Assembly: GCA_963730575.1 (NCBI GenBank)
Contig: CAVSSG010000002.1
Coordinates: 359,707 to 423,706 of the forward strand
DNA: 64,000 nt
Source: an uncultured Solirubrobacteraceae bacterium
Lineage (GTDB): Bacteria; Actinomycetota; Thermoleophilia; Solirubrobacterales; Solirubrobacteraceae
Direction: 5' to 3'
The translations under genes were made by a program, and so were the position numbers. Shown one piece after another: positions 30,465 through 40,933 of the stretch (the first letter of the stretch is position 1; the number at the start of each line of letters is the position of its first letter). The notes beneath the pieces were generated by a model, which made no database searches, was not told the DNA's origin, and was given only the letters and a program-made list of their open reading frames with translations.

Positions 30465-31974
30465 GTAAGCGTTCAGTTGGTTGGGGGACATGATCCCGGC
30501 GCGTCGAATCCCTATGCGTGGAGCGCTCTGAAGCGGAGGCGATCTACGACGCCGGACGCGAGGTCGTGGTCGAGGTGCTGCTGCGGATGGACGAGCAGAT
30601 CCGCAGGCTGGAGGCCCGTGTCGCTCGTCAAGACGAGCGGATCGCCCAGCTCGAGCGGCGGCTGAACCGCAGCTCGCGGAACTCCTCGTCTCCGCCGAGC
30701 TCAGATCCGCCCAACCGGACGTCCGAGCGCGGCAAGGACCCATCCGGGCGCAAACGCGGTGGCCAGCCCGGTCACGAGGGGCGCGGACGGGATCTGTTGC
30801 CGGCGTTGGCGGTGGACGAGGTGATCGAGCACTGGCCCTCGCGCTGCGGTTGCGGACACGTCTTCGGCGAGCAGGAGCACGACCGGGCTGGAGAGCCAGT
30901 CGTTCACCAGATCGAAGAGCTACCCGAGCTGACCGTGAGAGTGATCGAGCACCGTGCCCAGCGCCTTTGCTGCCCGCGCTGTGGGCGCAGATCTCGTGCG
31001 CAGCTGCCGCGGGAGCTCACTGCGAGCTCCTTCGGTCCCCGCCTTCAGGCAGCGCTCGTAGCGCTCTCGGTGCGCAACCGTGTCTCCCGTCGTGACGTGG
31101 TCGAGCTCGGCGAAGAGCTTTTCGGTGCCCGCCTGTCGACGGGAAGCGTCGATACCCTCCTCACCCGCGCCAGCGAAGCGCTCGCCGAGCCCTATGAGGA
31201 CCTGCTCGGGCGGGTTCGCGATGCGGGGGCGCTCAACGCGGATGAGACGGGCTGGCGCACCGCCGGAGAGCGCCGCGCGCTGTGGGGCCTTTTCACCAGC
31301 CGTCACGCCTTCTTCCAGGTCGCGCGGGACCGTCACGAGGACCACGCCAAGAGCCTGCTCGCCGACACCCAGGCGGTCGTCACCTCTGACCGCTGGTGGG
31401 CATACCGCAACCTGCCTTTGCGCCGCCGCCAGCTCTGCTGGTCTCATTTGCAGCGCGACTTCGTTGCCCATGCCGAAGGACTCGCCGCCGAGAAAGAGTT
31501 CGGCGAGCACGGCCTTGAGCTCTCACACGAAGTGTTCTCGGCTTGGGAGACCTTCCAACACACCCACGACCGGCGCGAGCTCAAGCGCACGATCACCCGG
31601 CTGGCACGCACCTACAAGCCGATCATCGCCAGCTACGCCGCTAAGCGAGCTCGCAACAAACGCTGTCGCGGCATGGCGCGCAACCTTCTCAAGGCCTGGC
31701 CCGCGCTCTGGAGCTTCGCTAAACACGACGGCGTGGAGCCAACGAACAACCACGCTGAGCGTGGCCTTCGCGGCGCAGTCATCTACCGCAAGCTCTCCCT
31801 CGGCACCCAATCCCAGGGCGGCGAGCGGCGCATCGAGCGACTGCTCTCCGCCCACACCACCTGCCGCCTACAACACCGCTCGCTCTACGACTACCTCAGC
31901 GAGCTCCTCACCGCCCACGCACGTGGCGACCCACTGCCACTGCTCGCCTGACCAGCGACCCACTGAACGCTTAC
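30465..31974 (+). mobile_element. IS66-family element, copy 2, with 8-bp target duplication
   Basis: Same IRs as copy 1; cggtttta at 30457-30464 and 31975-31982. Confidence 0.95.
30518..31951 (+). CDS. IS66-family transposase
   Basis: Identical to 20367..21800 except L->F (C21384 vs T31535). Confidence 0.95.
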   Translation: MERSEAEAIYDAGREVVVEVLLRMDEQIRRLEARVARQDERIAQLERRLNRSSRNSSSPPSSDPPNRTSERGKDPSGRKRGGQPGHEGRGRDLLPALAVDEVIEHWPSRCGCGHVFGEQEHDRAGEPVVHQIEELPELTVRVIEHRAQRLCCPRCGRRSRAQLPRELTASSFGPRLQAALVALSVRNRVSRRDVVELGEELFGARLSTGSVDTLLTRASEALAEPYEDLLGRVRDAGALNADETGWRTAGERRALWGLFTSRHAFFQVARDRHEDHAKSLLADTQAVVTSDRWWAYRNLPLRRRQLCWSHLQRDFVAHAEGLAAEKEFGEHGLELSHEVFSAWETFQHTHDRRELKRTITRLARTYKPIIASYAAKRARNKRCRGMARNLLKAWPALWSFAKHDGVEPTNNHAERGLRGAVIYRKLSLGTQSQGGERRIERLLSAHTTCRLQHRSLYDYLSELLTAHARGDPLPLLA

Positions 31975-31989
31975 CGGTTTTAGGGTCAG

Positions 31990-32187
31990 TCCGCCGCACA
32001 GCAGGAGGCCGCACAGAACGCGCAGATCGCGGAACTCCAGGCTCAGCAGCCGCCCGCCGCGCCCCCAGCGGCGCCGGCCGAGCCCGACGACGCCGCGCAG
32101 ATCGAAAAGTACGCCGCGCTAAAGGGTCAAGGCCTTATCACCGAGGAGGAGTTCGAGGCGAAGAAGAAGCAGAACCTCGGCATCTAG
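31990..32187 (+). pseudogene. 5'-truncated SHOCT-domain protein
   Basis: ...DDAAQIEKYAALKGQGLITEEEFEAKKKQNLGI*; in-frame stop at 31981 and no start. Confidence 0.65.
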
Positions 32188-32598
32188 CCGCGCCTCGATC
32201 GCGTTCACGCACTGCTACCTCGACATCGACCTCGCGCACCGAAGGGGCGCTCAGGCGGGGGGGGGGGGACTGAACGGACTCCGCCGCTTGGTCTGGTGCG
32301 GGCGCCGCAATTCAAGCCCGCGCTCATTGGCTGCGGCAAGTGGCTATCACGACCGTCAGCCGTGTTCCGTCGGAATCGACGTTGGTAGCCTCCCGCTGGC
32401 TTGGGATACTGCCGTCGCTGCCAGCGGCCGTGATGGCTTGGGCACGCGCCGCCGCCGATGGTAAGGGGATGTTGCCTGTGGCGGCTGACCCCCGCGTCCC
32501 TGGGCAGCAGTGGGCCTACCACTCGCCCTCCGCGGGAGGCCATGCGGCCGCCTCTGGCGAGAAGCGGCGAGACCGGACCGCTCAGGGGTTTATGTTGG

Positions 32599-33012
32599 CT
32601 AGCCCCTGCGGCGTTCGGCGCGGTCGAGGCGCTTTTCGAAGCGCTCGTCACGGATAGTTCGGCGCGCGAACACGTCCGCGGCGGCGGTCGTCGCCCAGAT
32701 GATGAGCGTGGCCCAGACGTAGGTCTGCGATCCGTGCACCGTGAGGCCTGGCACGACGGCGACGGAGATGAACAGCGCGATGACCGTCGACGCGAGCGCG
32801 AGCAGGCCGGCGAGCGCGATCGACGGCTGGCGCACCAGGACTTTGAGCGCGAGGAACTGCACGACGATATGCGCAACCCAAAACACCAGCGTCGCCTCGA
32901 GCAGCCCGGCAGCGCTGATCGAGAGGTTTTCGAGCGCGACGTCACATACCAGCAGCCCCGCAGCCACTCCGACGAGGCCTGCGAGCAGTCGGATGGCCCA
33001 CCTCCTCAACAT
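32599..33012 (-). CDS. 4-TM membrane protein (phage-holin-family-like)
   Basis: Four hydrophobic segments, VPGLTVHG...WATLIIW. Confidence 0.7.
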   Translation of the reverse strand: MLRRWAIRLLAGLVGVAAGLLVCDVALENLSISAAGLLEATLVFWVAHIVVQFLALKVLVRQPSIALAGLLALASTVIALFISVAVVPGLTVHGSQTYVWATLIIWATTAAADVFARRTIRDERFEKRLDRAERRRG

Positions 33013-33294
33013 GCGCACTTGGAGCATAATGGTTCGCGTCTGGTGCCGGCGGCGCGACAGGCAGCTCACGTTCGTTTCCACAGGGCGAAGCGATAGCGAC
33101 GCTTAGCAGCGCGAAACGCCTGAACGTCGTCTTGCGCGAGCGTCAGAGGCGTGACCACGGGAAGCAGACGGCGACTGGCGCCGTCGTCTACCAACGACCA
33201 CCTCGCCCGATACTGTCACTGGTGCGGGGTGTTAGGGCGGATATGAGCGCTTGTATCGACGTTATTGGCCGGGGTTGACCCGGGGGGTCTAGCG

Positions 33295-34367
33295 ATGTGG
33301 TTCAAGCGCGTGGCGGCTGTCGGGGTCCTACTGGCCGTCGGCGTAACGGTCCCTGCGGCGGTAGCAGAGGCTGGAGCGTTTGGCGTGGCCGCGGACCTGG
33401 CGACACCAGCGTTCCCCAGCTCGGTTTCGGCTGTGGGGGGCGTCGTCGCCTGGGCGGCTGAGGCTGGACCCGGCCACCGGTTTGAGATCGTCGTCCGCCG
33501 CGGAAGGCACAGCAAAGCGCTGACCGCAACCTCGGCCGTGGGCTGGATCGACGGAGTCAAGTTGGGAACCGACGCCGACGGCCGCTCGATCGTCGTGTAC
33601 TCGCGCTGCCCGCACTCGCCGTTTGCGAACGCGATCGTAGGTAGCGCCGGGACTGACGGCTGCCGCTTGTGGTGGGCGCCGACGAGCGGGGGCAACGCCC
33701 ATCGAGTCAATGCAGCGCCGGCGGACACGAGCGTTGGTGTCGCCGACCACGGCGTCGTCGTCTTCGCCGTGCAGCCCAATACAGCCCGCGCAAACCAGCC
33801 TGCCCGCATCGAGACTGCGCGGCTGACCGGCACCTCTGCTCGCGCACTGAAGCTGCCGAGGCCGGATGGTGCCACGATCGACGAATCAGTGCAAACGGGG
33901 CGCAGGTCGCCATCAGCGAGGCTCCAGGCTCGTCGAACTCCAACATGGGAGCCTCGGAGATCTGGCTCGACAACGGCGGCGCGGCGCCCCACCTGATCGC
34001 GAAGGTCGTTTCCGACGACAACCCGATCGACGACTCAGAGCAGTTCTTCGATGGTCTGACGTTGACGAGCAGCTTCGTCTACGCGTTTCTGTACTCCGAG
34101 GGCGGAATTGTCCCACCGGCCGCCTCGCAGCTGGAGCAGATCTCGCTCCCCGGCCTGGCGAGGACCGTGGCGTCGTGGGCACCAAGCGCGGCGCTGAGCA
34201 GCGACGGCATCAACGCTACGGCTTTCGATCCCAGCAACAGGCGTCTGGTCCTTGACCTGTTCTCCCCGCAGCTCGAATTCTCGACCGTGTCGGCGTCCTG
34301 CTCGACCCACGTTGGCAGCACCCAGACCTGTCCAGTCGTGCAAACCGGGCCCGTCACGTTCGGCTGA
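33295..34367 (+). CDS. Secreted hypothetical protein (frameshift near 33880)
   Basis: Signal peptide, LGTDADGRSIVVYSRC motif; continues in ORF 33669..34367. Confidence 0.65.
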
Positions 34368-34628
34368 ACCTCCAATGCATAACCCAGCGAAGATTGTGAG
34401 CGGACAGAGCACCATTTGCGCTCGCGCCCGCTGCAAGCGTTCGTGTCGGGCGCTCTGTCTCAGACGACCGCCTTGGACGATCTCCGAGCGCCTCGGTTGA
34501 GAGCCGGCATACGGGCTCGCCCATCCTGTGGCCGCGTAAAGAGTCGCTGGCTGGGCAACATCGTGACCGGCGGTCAAGCACGGCGCGCCCGCGCTGTCGC
34601 ATATTCCCCGTCTGGCAGACTGCCGGCC

Positions 34629-35042
34629 ATGAGCGAGACGAATCAGGCGATCGACCCGCAGCTGAGCGCTCAGCGTCTCGCTGGAACGTTCCCCGGCAAC
34701 CTCGGAATCGAGCTGACCGAAATCAGCGACGAGAGGGTGCGTGGTCGCATGCGCGTGGATAGGCGCCACCTGCATCCTGAAGGCTACGTTCACGGAGGCG
34801 CGTGGGTGGCGTTTGCGGACACGGTCGCAGCGTGGGGCACGCTGCGCCACCTGCCCCAGGGCCGCGGATTCACGACGGTAGAGCTCAAGATCAATGTGCT
34901 CGCGTCGGCCACCGACGGCGATGAGCTTACAGCCGTCGGGGAGCAGCTCCACGGTGGCTCTCGCACGCAGGTCTGGCAGGTGCAAGTGTTCCGCGGCGAG
35001 CGCTTGGCGGCGCACTTCGTGTGCACCCAGATGATTCTGTGA
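34629..35042 (+). CDS. PaaI-family hotdog thioesterase
   Basis: LHPEGYVHGGAWVAFAD, TTVELKINVL, HGGSRTQVW. Confidence 0.9.
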   Translation: MSETNQAIDPQLSAQRLAGTFPGNLGIELTEISDERVRGRMRVDRRHLHPEGYVHGGAWVAFADTVAAWGTLRHLPQGRGFTTVELKINVLASATDGDELTAVGEQLHGGSRTQVWQVQVFRGERLAAHFVCTQMIL

Positions 35043-35090
35043 GCACCTCGGACGCGGCTGCACGCCCCGCGGTGCGCGCCGACCTCTGCT

Positions 35091-35444
35091 TCAGCAGTCG
35101 ACGCGCAGCGCCGGAAGCCTCGCGGGGCTGATCCCTGCCTCGAGGCATGCCAGATATGCGATGCCGCGATGTATGCCGTCGATCACGAGCAAGGTGCCGT
35201 CGAACACGCCTATCCGCATGACCACATCGCTCCTCCACCTCTTGCTCGCCATGTCATCGATGAAGCGGTTCACCCGCAGATCATCCGCATGGTCCTCGGC
35301 CAGGTCCAGCGCTTTGCTGCGCTCGCGGTAAATCGCGAGCAACTCGCCGACGGTCTTGTAGCTTCGGTCCACGTAGCCCATGAAGCTGGCGAACAACGTT
35401 GGCGTCCTGGCCAGTTCTTCGGCCGAAAGGGGCTCGAGAGCCAT
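35091..35444 (-). CDS. Hypothetical protein with ParB/Srx-like DGxHR motif
   Basis: LLVIDGIHRGIA. Confidence 0.55.
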   Translation of the reverse strand: MALEPLSAEELARTPTLFASFMGYVDRSYKTVGELLAIYRERSKALDLAEDHADDLRVNRFIDDMASKRWRSDVVMRIGVFDGTLLVIDGIHRGIAYLACLEAGISPARLPALRVDC

Positions 35445-35573
35445 GCTGAGATGCTCCCTCGGCAGGGTGCGTGGGCATATGGTCCGTCGGCCAAAGATGT
35501 GCCCCCCTGTTGTTACATCTGTTGGATAGGTCGGCGACGTGCCAAACGGCTCGGACATGGCCGTCGAATGGAC

Positions 35574-37040
35574 CTATTGCAGGCGCGCTCCGGCCTGAAT
35601 GAACGCCCGCCAGCGCTCGCGCCGCGCCGAGCGCTCGCGGGGATCGCCCCTCGATGCCACCACGCGGCCCTCCGGCAGCCGCTGCGCGGCCTCCTCCACG
35701 CTCGCGAACACACCTGCCCCGACACCTCCTAGCATCGCCGCACCGAGGACGGTCGCATCGGTGTGCCCGACGGTTAGCGGCAGGCCGAGCGCGTCGGCCT
35801 GGATCTGCAACAGCGTCTCGTCGTTGGTCAGGCCACCGTCGACGCGCACGCGCCGGATGGGTACGACCTCCGACATCGCCTCGACGATGTCCGCGACGCG
35901 CCAGGCGATCGCCTCGAGAGCCGCTCGCGCGACATGCGGGGCGCCCACGGCCGGGTGCAGCCCTGCGATTACGCCGTGCGCCGCCGGACGCCACCAGGGG
36001 GCGCCGAGCCCCGTCAGCGCGGGGAGCACGATCACGCCGGCGCTGTCGTGCACGCCGGCGGCGGCAGCGGCCAGGGCGGGGGCGTCGGCCGCCAGGCCGA
36101 GCCCTTCTGCGAGCCAGTCGAGCAGCGAGCCTGCCGCGAACACGCCGCCGTCCAGCGCGCACGAGATCGGCCCCAAGCCTCCCGCGCCGTCAGGTGCGGC
36201 CCAGGCGATCGTCGGCAGCAGGCCACCGGCGAGGACAAGTCCGTCGGTACGTCCGAGCACGAACACGCCCGTGCCGTACGTCGCCTTCAGCTCGCCCGGA
36301 TGGACCGCCCCGGAGCCGGCAAGCGCCGCCTGCTGGTCGACGAGTTGCGCGGCGAGCGGGATCGCGATCGGCCAGCGTCCGTGCCGGAGCTGCCCCAGCG
36401 AGCCGAAACTCGGACCGACTGCGGGCAGCCACTCCTGCCGCATGCCGAAGGCCGACAGCAGCCCGTCGTCCCAGTCGCGCCCGCCCGTCGCCAGCAGCTG
36501 GGTGCGCGATGCCGTCGAGAGATCCGTGGCGAATCGGCCCCCGAGCCGGTCGGTCAGGAAGGCGTCGACGGTGCCGAGGCGCAGACAGCCGGCATCTCGC
36601 GCCCGTCGCACGTCCTCGTGATTGTCAAGCAGCCAGGCGAGCTTGCCGGCCGAGAAGTAGGGGTCAAGCGGCAGGCCGGAGCGCTCGACCGCCTGCGGTG
36701 CGATCTCGGAGAGCAGGGATTCATGGCGCTTGTCCTGCCAGACGATGACGGGCGTCAACGCGCGACCGCTCGTCGCGTCCCAGGCGAGGACGGACTCGCC
36801 CTGATGATCGAGTCCCGCAGCGATGATCTCGCGGTCGCCGGCGTGCTCGAGCACCTCGGCGACCGCGTCCACCACGGCTTCGAGGATCAGCTCGGGATCC
36901 TGCTCGACCCAGCCGGGGCGCGGGTGCGTCACTGCCACTGCGCGCCGCGTCTCGGCCACCGCGCGCAGGTCGTCGTCGAACAGCGCGGCCTTCACGGCGG
37001 TGGTCCCCTCGTCGATCCCCAAGAGCAGCGGGGAGCTCAT
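35574..37040 (-). CDS. glpK: Glycerol kinase-like FGGY carbohydrate kinase
   Basis: GIDEGTTAVK, PGWVEQDP, IVWQDKR, DPYFSAGK, STASRT, DQQAAL, KATYGTG, VDGG. Confidence 0.85.
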   Translation of the reverse strand: MSSPLLLGIDEGTTAVKAALFDDDLRAVAETRRAVAVTHPRPGWVEQDPELILEAVVDAVAEVLEHAGDREIIAAGLDHQGESVLAWDATSGRALTPVIVWQDKRHESLLSEIAPQAVERSGLPLDPYFSAGKLAWLLDNHEDVRRARDAGCLRLGTVDAFLTDRLGGRFATDLSTASRTQLLATGGRDWDDGLLSAFGMRQEWLPAVGPSFGSLGQLRHGRWPIAIPLAAQLVDQQAALAGSGAVHPGELKATYGTGVFVLGRTDGLVLAGGLLPTIAWAAPDGAGGLGPISCALDGGVFAAGSLLDWLAEGLGLAADAPALAAAAAGVHDSAGVIVLPALTGLGAPWWRPAAHGVIAGLHPAVGAPHVARAALEAIAWRVADIVEAMSEVVPIRRVRVDGGLTNDETLLQIQADALGLPLTVGHTDATVLGAAMLGGVGAGVFASVEEAAQRLPEGRVVASRGDPRERSARRERWRAFIQAGARLQ

Positions 37041-38206
37041 CGCGCGGGCGGCGCCTTGGTCGACCTCCCATGGTGGCGCGCCGCACGCTCCCACCAGGAA
37101 CCCCCCGCCGGGGCGGGCTGTGGCGTCGGCAGGGGACGCTCGGGCTCGAGCACGATCGAGGTCCGACCGGCAAGCAGGCCCGCGACGTGCTCGCCTATCC
37201 CCAACGAGGCCGAGAGGCCGGTCGAGCGGATCGCGGCGACGTGGATCAGGCCGGGCACCCTGCGCGACAGCTCGATCACGTAGTTGCCCTCGCGCCCCGC
37301 CGGGCGCAGCCCGGCGTAGGCACCGATCTGCCCGGCCCGTTCGAGCGGGGGGTACATGCGCGTGGCACGGGTCACGATCAGCTCGCCCGCATCGGCCTCT
37401 ACCGACCAGTCATCCTTGTCCTCGCGCTCGCGTGCAGTCGGTCCAGCGATGATCTGGCGGTGGTCGACCGTCGGGAATACCAGCACGCCCTTGCCGAGCG
37501 TCGAGGGCACGGGCAGCAGGATCTGCTCGAGCGGCTCATGCTCCGGTGGCGAGAATACGAGGAACTCTCCCTTGCGGGGATACACGGTCACGGGATCGTC
37601 CTGCGCCAGATGTGCGACCTCGTCGGCGTGCAGGCCGGCGCAGTTGACCGCCGCGCGCGTGTGCCATCGTCCGCCCGTCGCCAGCTCGACGAGGACGCCT
37701 CCGTCGGCCGTTCCCGCGAGCCGGCTGACGCGCGCGTTTAGCACCACCGTCGAGCCGCCTGCCTGCGCGGCGAGCGCGAGCGCGTGAGTGAAGGCGACCG
37801 GGTCGGTGACGGCCTCACCCGGCACGATCAGCGAGCCGTCCCCGTCCAGGTGGACCTCGACGCGGTTTACGCGAGCGTTCTCTGCCAGGCGCAGGACAGC
37901 GGTGCGCTCGTCCTCGGTTCGCGGCTTCAGCTGCGCCCCACACGGCCACACCGCCACTCCCAGCTCTCCCAGCAACTCCTCGCGCAGTTCGGCTGAGCGC
38001 AGGATGAGGCTCGTCTCCAACTCGCCCGGATGGGAGTCGAAGCCGGTGTGAAGGATTCCGGAGTTCGTGCCGCTGGCCCCGAACGCCAATCCGGACTCGG
38101 ACTCGAGCAGCACCACATCGACGCCGCGGCGCGCCAGCGCATGTGCCACGGCGCATCCCACCACGCCGCCTCCGATGACGGCGGCCTGTGTCTCGGCGGC
38201 TTTCAT
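37037..38206 (-). CDS. FAD-dependent oxidoreductase (GlpA/LhgO-like)
   Basis: IGGGVVG, ASGTNSGILHTG, NCAGLHAD, YAGLRP; overlaps the kinase start. Confidence 0.85.
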   Translation of the reverse strand: MKAAETQAAVIGGGVVGCAVAHALARRGVDVVLLESESGLAFGASGTNSGILHTGFDSHPGELETSLILRSAELREELLGELGVAVWPCGAQLKPRTEDERTAVLRLAENARVNRVEVHLDGDGSLIVPGEAVTDPVAFTHALALAAQAGGSTVVLNARVSRLAGTADGGVLVELATGGRWHTRAAVNCAGLHADEVAHLAQDDPVTVYPRKGEFLVFSPPEHEPLEQILLPVPSTLGKGVLVFPTVDHRQIIAGPTAREREDKDDWSVEADAGELIVTRATRMYPPLERAGQIGAYAGLRPAGREGNYVIELSRRVPGLIHVAAIRSTGLSASLGIGEHVAGLLAGRTSIVLEPERPLPTPQPAPAGGSWWERAARHHGRSTKAPPAR

Positions 38207-38724
38207 CTGGCGAGAATCTCAGTGATCGCCACCCCCACCATTGGAGACATGCTCCCGTATTTGCGCACATGGGAGCCCGTCCTTCGGCGGAGCTCCACGT
38301 GACGACGCTCGAGATCCATGCGGATGGGCCGCGATAACGGCTGCGGCCCATCTCGCATCCTCCTCCTCGTACAGGCCTTCCAGGGAGCCTGCGGTGTCTT
38401 TCCCTGACCGTTCTCATTGGATCAGTACTTGGGCACTCCGTGTTGCGCCAATGTGGCGCGGCGCGTCATCCAGATGCGCCAGGTTGTCCCAATCGGTCCC
38501 CGGCACGACGTTCCGGGCCGCAGTCGCAACGAGGGCTCGCTCGTCCCGGCGCCCCGGGACCAGGGTCTGCTGTCCTGCAGATGGAGCCCGCCCGAGTCGG
38601 CCGGCGGTGAGGTGGGACAATGTGGCGCGTTTCGCCGATCGCATCGCACCACATTGGTGCACCACACACCGCGCGAACAGTGGTACGCATTGGTTATGGG
38701 AAACCAGGGCGAGGTCGGGAGGGC

Positions 38725-39972
38725 ATGATGGCTCGCAAGGGGACGAGGGCCCTGCGGCTGTCCGACGGCCCGGGCCACGATGCCGCGTCCGTGGAAAGCG
38801 TCCGTGCCGGCCTGGCCGAGCGGTTGCAGACGCGGCGCTCGGAGATCGCCGAGGCGGTCTTTGCCCGTTTCCGCGAGGCCGGTTTTGACCCGGAGCAGGG
38901 CGAGGACGCAGAGTACGTTGCCGGGTCGCGTGCGGCGATTATCGAGGCGGTGGACTACGGCCTCGGGGCCATCGAGCGAGGGGAGGAATGGTTCGGCTCG
39001 ATACCGCCGGCAGCCGTGGCGCAGGTGCGCCGTGCCGCTCGCGACGGTGTGAAGCTCGAAAAGGTCCTGCTCCGCAACAGCGCCGGCCACACCGTGCTCG
39101 AGGACTTCGTCGTGCAGGAGGTTGACTTCGCCAGCCAGAGCATCGTGCTGCGTAGCGTGTTCGCAACCCTGGGGGCGCTGCTCGACCATTTCACGGCCGT
39201 ACTTGCCCACGAGTACCAGCGCGAGGTGGCGCGAATGGCGCACACCCCCGAGCTGCGCCGCACCGAGCAGGTGCAGCGGCTCATCGCCGGTGGGCCGGTT
39301 GAGGCCGCCGGGCTCGACTACGAGCTCGACGCGGAGCATCTCGGTGTGGTCGCGGTGGGCGCGAAGGCGCGCGAGACCGTTCGGGCCCTGGGCCTGGCAA
39401 TCGGTTGCGAGCTGCTGAGCGTCTCGCCCGGCGCGGGGACCGTGTGGGCGTGGTTCGGTGGCCGGCGGGTGCTCGACATCGCAGATCTCGGGCGTCTGGT
39501 CTCCTCCGGGCCGTACGCGGGCGTCTCGCTGGCGGTCGGCGAGTCAGGGAGGGGGATCGACGGATGGCGTCTCACCCACCGGCAGGCCCAGGCCGCGATG
39601 CTCGTCGCACTGCGCCGGCCACAGAGGCTCACACGGTACGCCGATGTGTCGCTGCTCGCGGCTGTGCTGAAGGACCACGAGCTGGCGAGGTCGCTGGTCG
39701 AGGTCCATCTGTCGCCGCTCGAGGGCCGGAAGGACAGCGCCGTGGCGCACGAGACGTTGCGCGCCTACTTCGCCGCCGGCTGCAACGCGGCGACGGCCGC
39801 GGCCGCGCTCGGGGTCGACCGCCACACGGTCGAACGCCGCGTGCGTGCGATCGAGACGAAGCTCGGCCGGCTGCTGCATACCCGCCGGGCCGAGTTGGAA
39901 GTGGCGCTGCGCCTGCAGGAGCTCGATGAGCTAACCGGACCATCGGACGGCGGCCGGTCGCGGTCGCGGTGA
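38725..39972 (+). CDS. PucR/CdaR-family transcriptional regulator
   Basis: GWRLTHRQA; C-terminal HTH ETLRAYF...NAATAAAALGVDRHTV. Confidence 0.9.
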   Translation: MMARKGTRALRLSDGPGHDAASVESVRAGLAERLQTRRSEIAEAVFARFREAGFDPEQGEDAEYVAGSRAAIIEAVDYGLGAIERGEEWFGSIPPAAVAQVRRAARDGVKLEKVLLRNSAGHTVLEDFVVQEVDFASQSIVLRSVFATLGALLDHFTAVLAHEYQREVARMAHTPELRRTEQVQRLIAGGPVEAAGLDYELDAEHLGVVAVGAKARETVRALGLAIGCELLSVSPGAGTVWAWFGGRRVLDIADLGRLVSSGPYAGVSLAVGESGRGIDGWRLTHRQAQAAMLVALRRPQRLTRYADVSLLAAVLKDHELARSLVEVHLSPLEGRKDSAVAHETLRAYFAAGCNAATAAAALGVDRHTVERRVRAIETKLGRLLHTRRAELEVALRLQELDELTGPSDGGRSRSR

Positions 39973-39981
39973 GCCCATCAG

Positions 39982-40395
39982 ATGTCCTCGGCGAACCTGG
40001 ACCTCGTGCACTCAATCGTCGCCGCACACGAACGTGGCGACTTCAGCTCCGCCGCGTGGGCGCATCCCGACATCGAGTACGTGATCGCCGACGGTCCCTC
40101 GCCCGGCAGATGGAAGGGGCCCGCCGGGATGGCGGAGGCCTTCCGCGGCAATCTGATCGGCTGGAAGGACTTCCGGATCGAGGCGGACGAGTACCGCGAG
40201 CTCGATGATGAGCGCGTGCTCGTGCTGACCCGCAGTACCGCGCGTGGCAGGGCGGGGGCACTGGTGGCCGGGCGGATGCGAGCGAAGGGGGCGGTGCTGT
40301 ACCAGCTCAGCGCGGGCCGGGTGACCAGGCTCGTCTACTACTGGAACCGCGAGCGTGCGCTCGCCGATGCCGGCCTCTCCGAAGCCCGCCGATAG
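39982..40395 (+). CDS. SnoaL-like / NTF2-family protein
   Basis: Close paralog of 313..729 (ADGPSPG.W.G). Confidence 0.85.
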   Translation: MSSANLDLVHSIVAAHERGDFSSAAWAHPDIEYVIADGPSPGRWKGPAGMAEAFRGNLIGWKDFRIEADEYRELDDERVLVLTRSTARGRAGALVAGRMRAKGAVLYQLSAGRVTRLVYYWNRERALADAGLSEARR

Positions 40396-40512
40396 CCACC
40401 CGCGCGGCGGTGGGCGAGGAGCGTCAGTTCGTTCGAGGGGTCTGAAGGCGACGGCCGGCTGGCGGGCAGCGGATCGCCGGCGGCCGAGGGCGACTCGACT
40501 GACGTCGTCAGC

Positions 40513-40844
40513 TCAGGAGGGCGACGGTGCGGGAGGGGGGCCGGGTGTTCCCGCCGCACGGGTCTGTTCGTCCTGGAACGGGTGGTAGGTCTCCGTCAGC
40601 GGGGCGATGTAGGCATGCGAGCGCGCGATGTAGGAGTTGGCCAGGACCATCAGGTCGAACAGGCCCCGCGGCATCCTGCCGGTGATCACGATCACGAACC
40701 AGGATGCGACCGCGCCGATCTCCAGCATCAGCGTCATCACGTAGGGCAGGACAGGATCGGGATCGCGAGGATGATGCAAAACAGCGTCTTCGGACGGCTG
40801 TAGCGCTCGAGCGCCTTGAACCGCATCCGCACGGGATAGGACAC
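40513..40844 (-). pseudogene. DUF4389-like membrane protein, frameshifted/degenerate
   Basis: SYPVR...ERYSR..TLF..ILAIP, then WFVIVITGRMPRGLFD...TETYHPF in another frame. Confidence 0.65.
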
Positions 40845-40933
40845 AAGATGATCCCCCTTTGGTTCAGCGGACATCCTGCGATTTGGGCGACTCTCCAGCC
40901 CTCGCTGGACGGGGGCCGTAACATTGTGAACAA

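Noticed and set aside
32599-33012. Holin as evidence of a prophage
   Set aside because: No phage structural, lysis or replication genes nearby; this membrane family is common in actinobacterial chromosomes.
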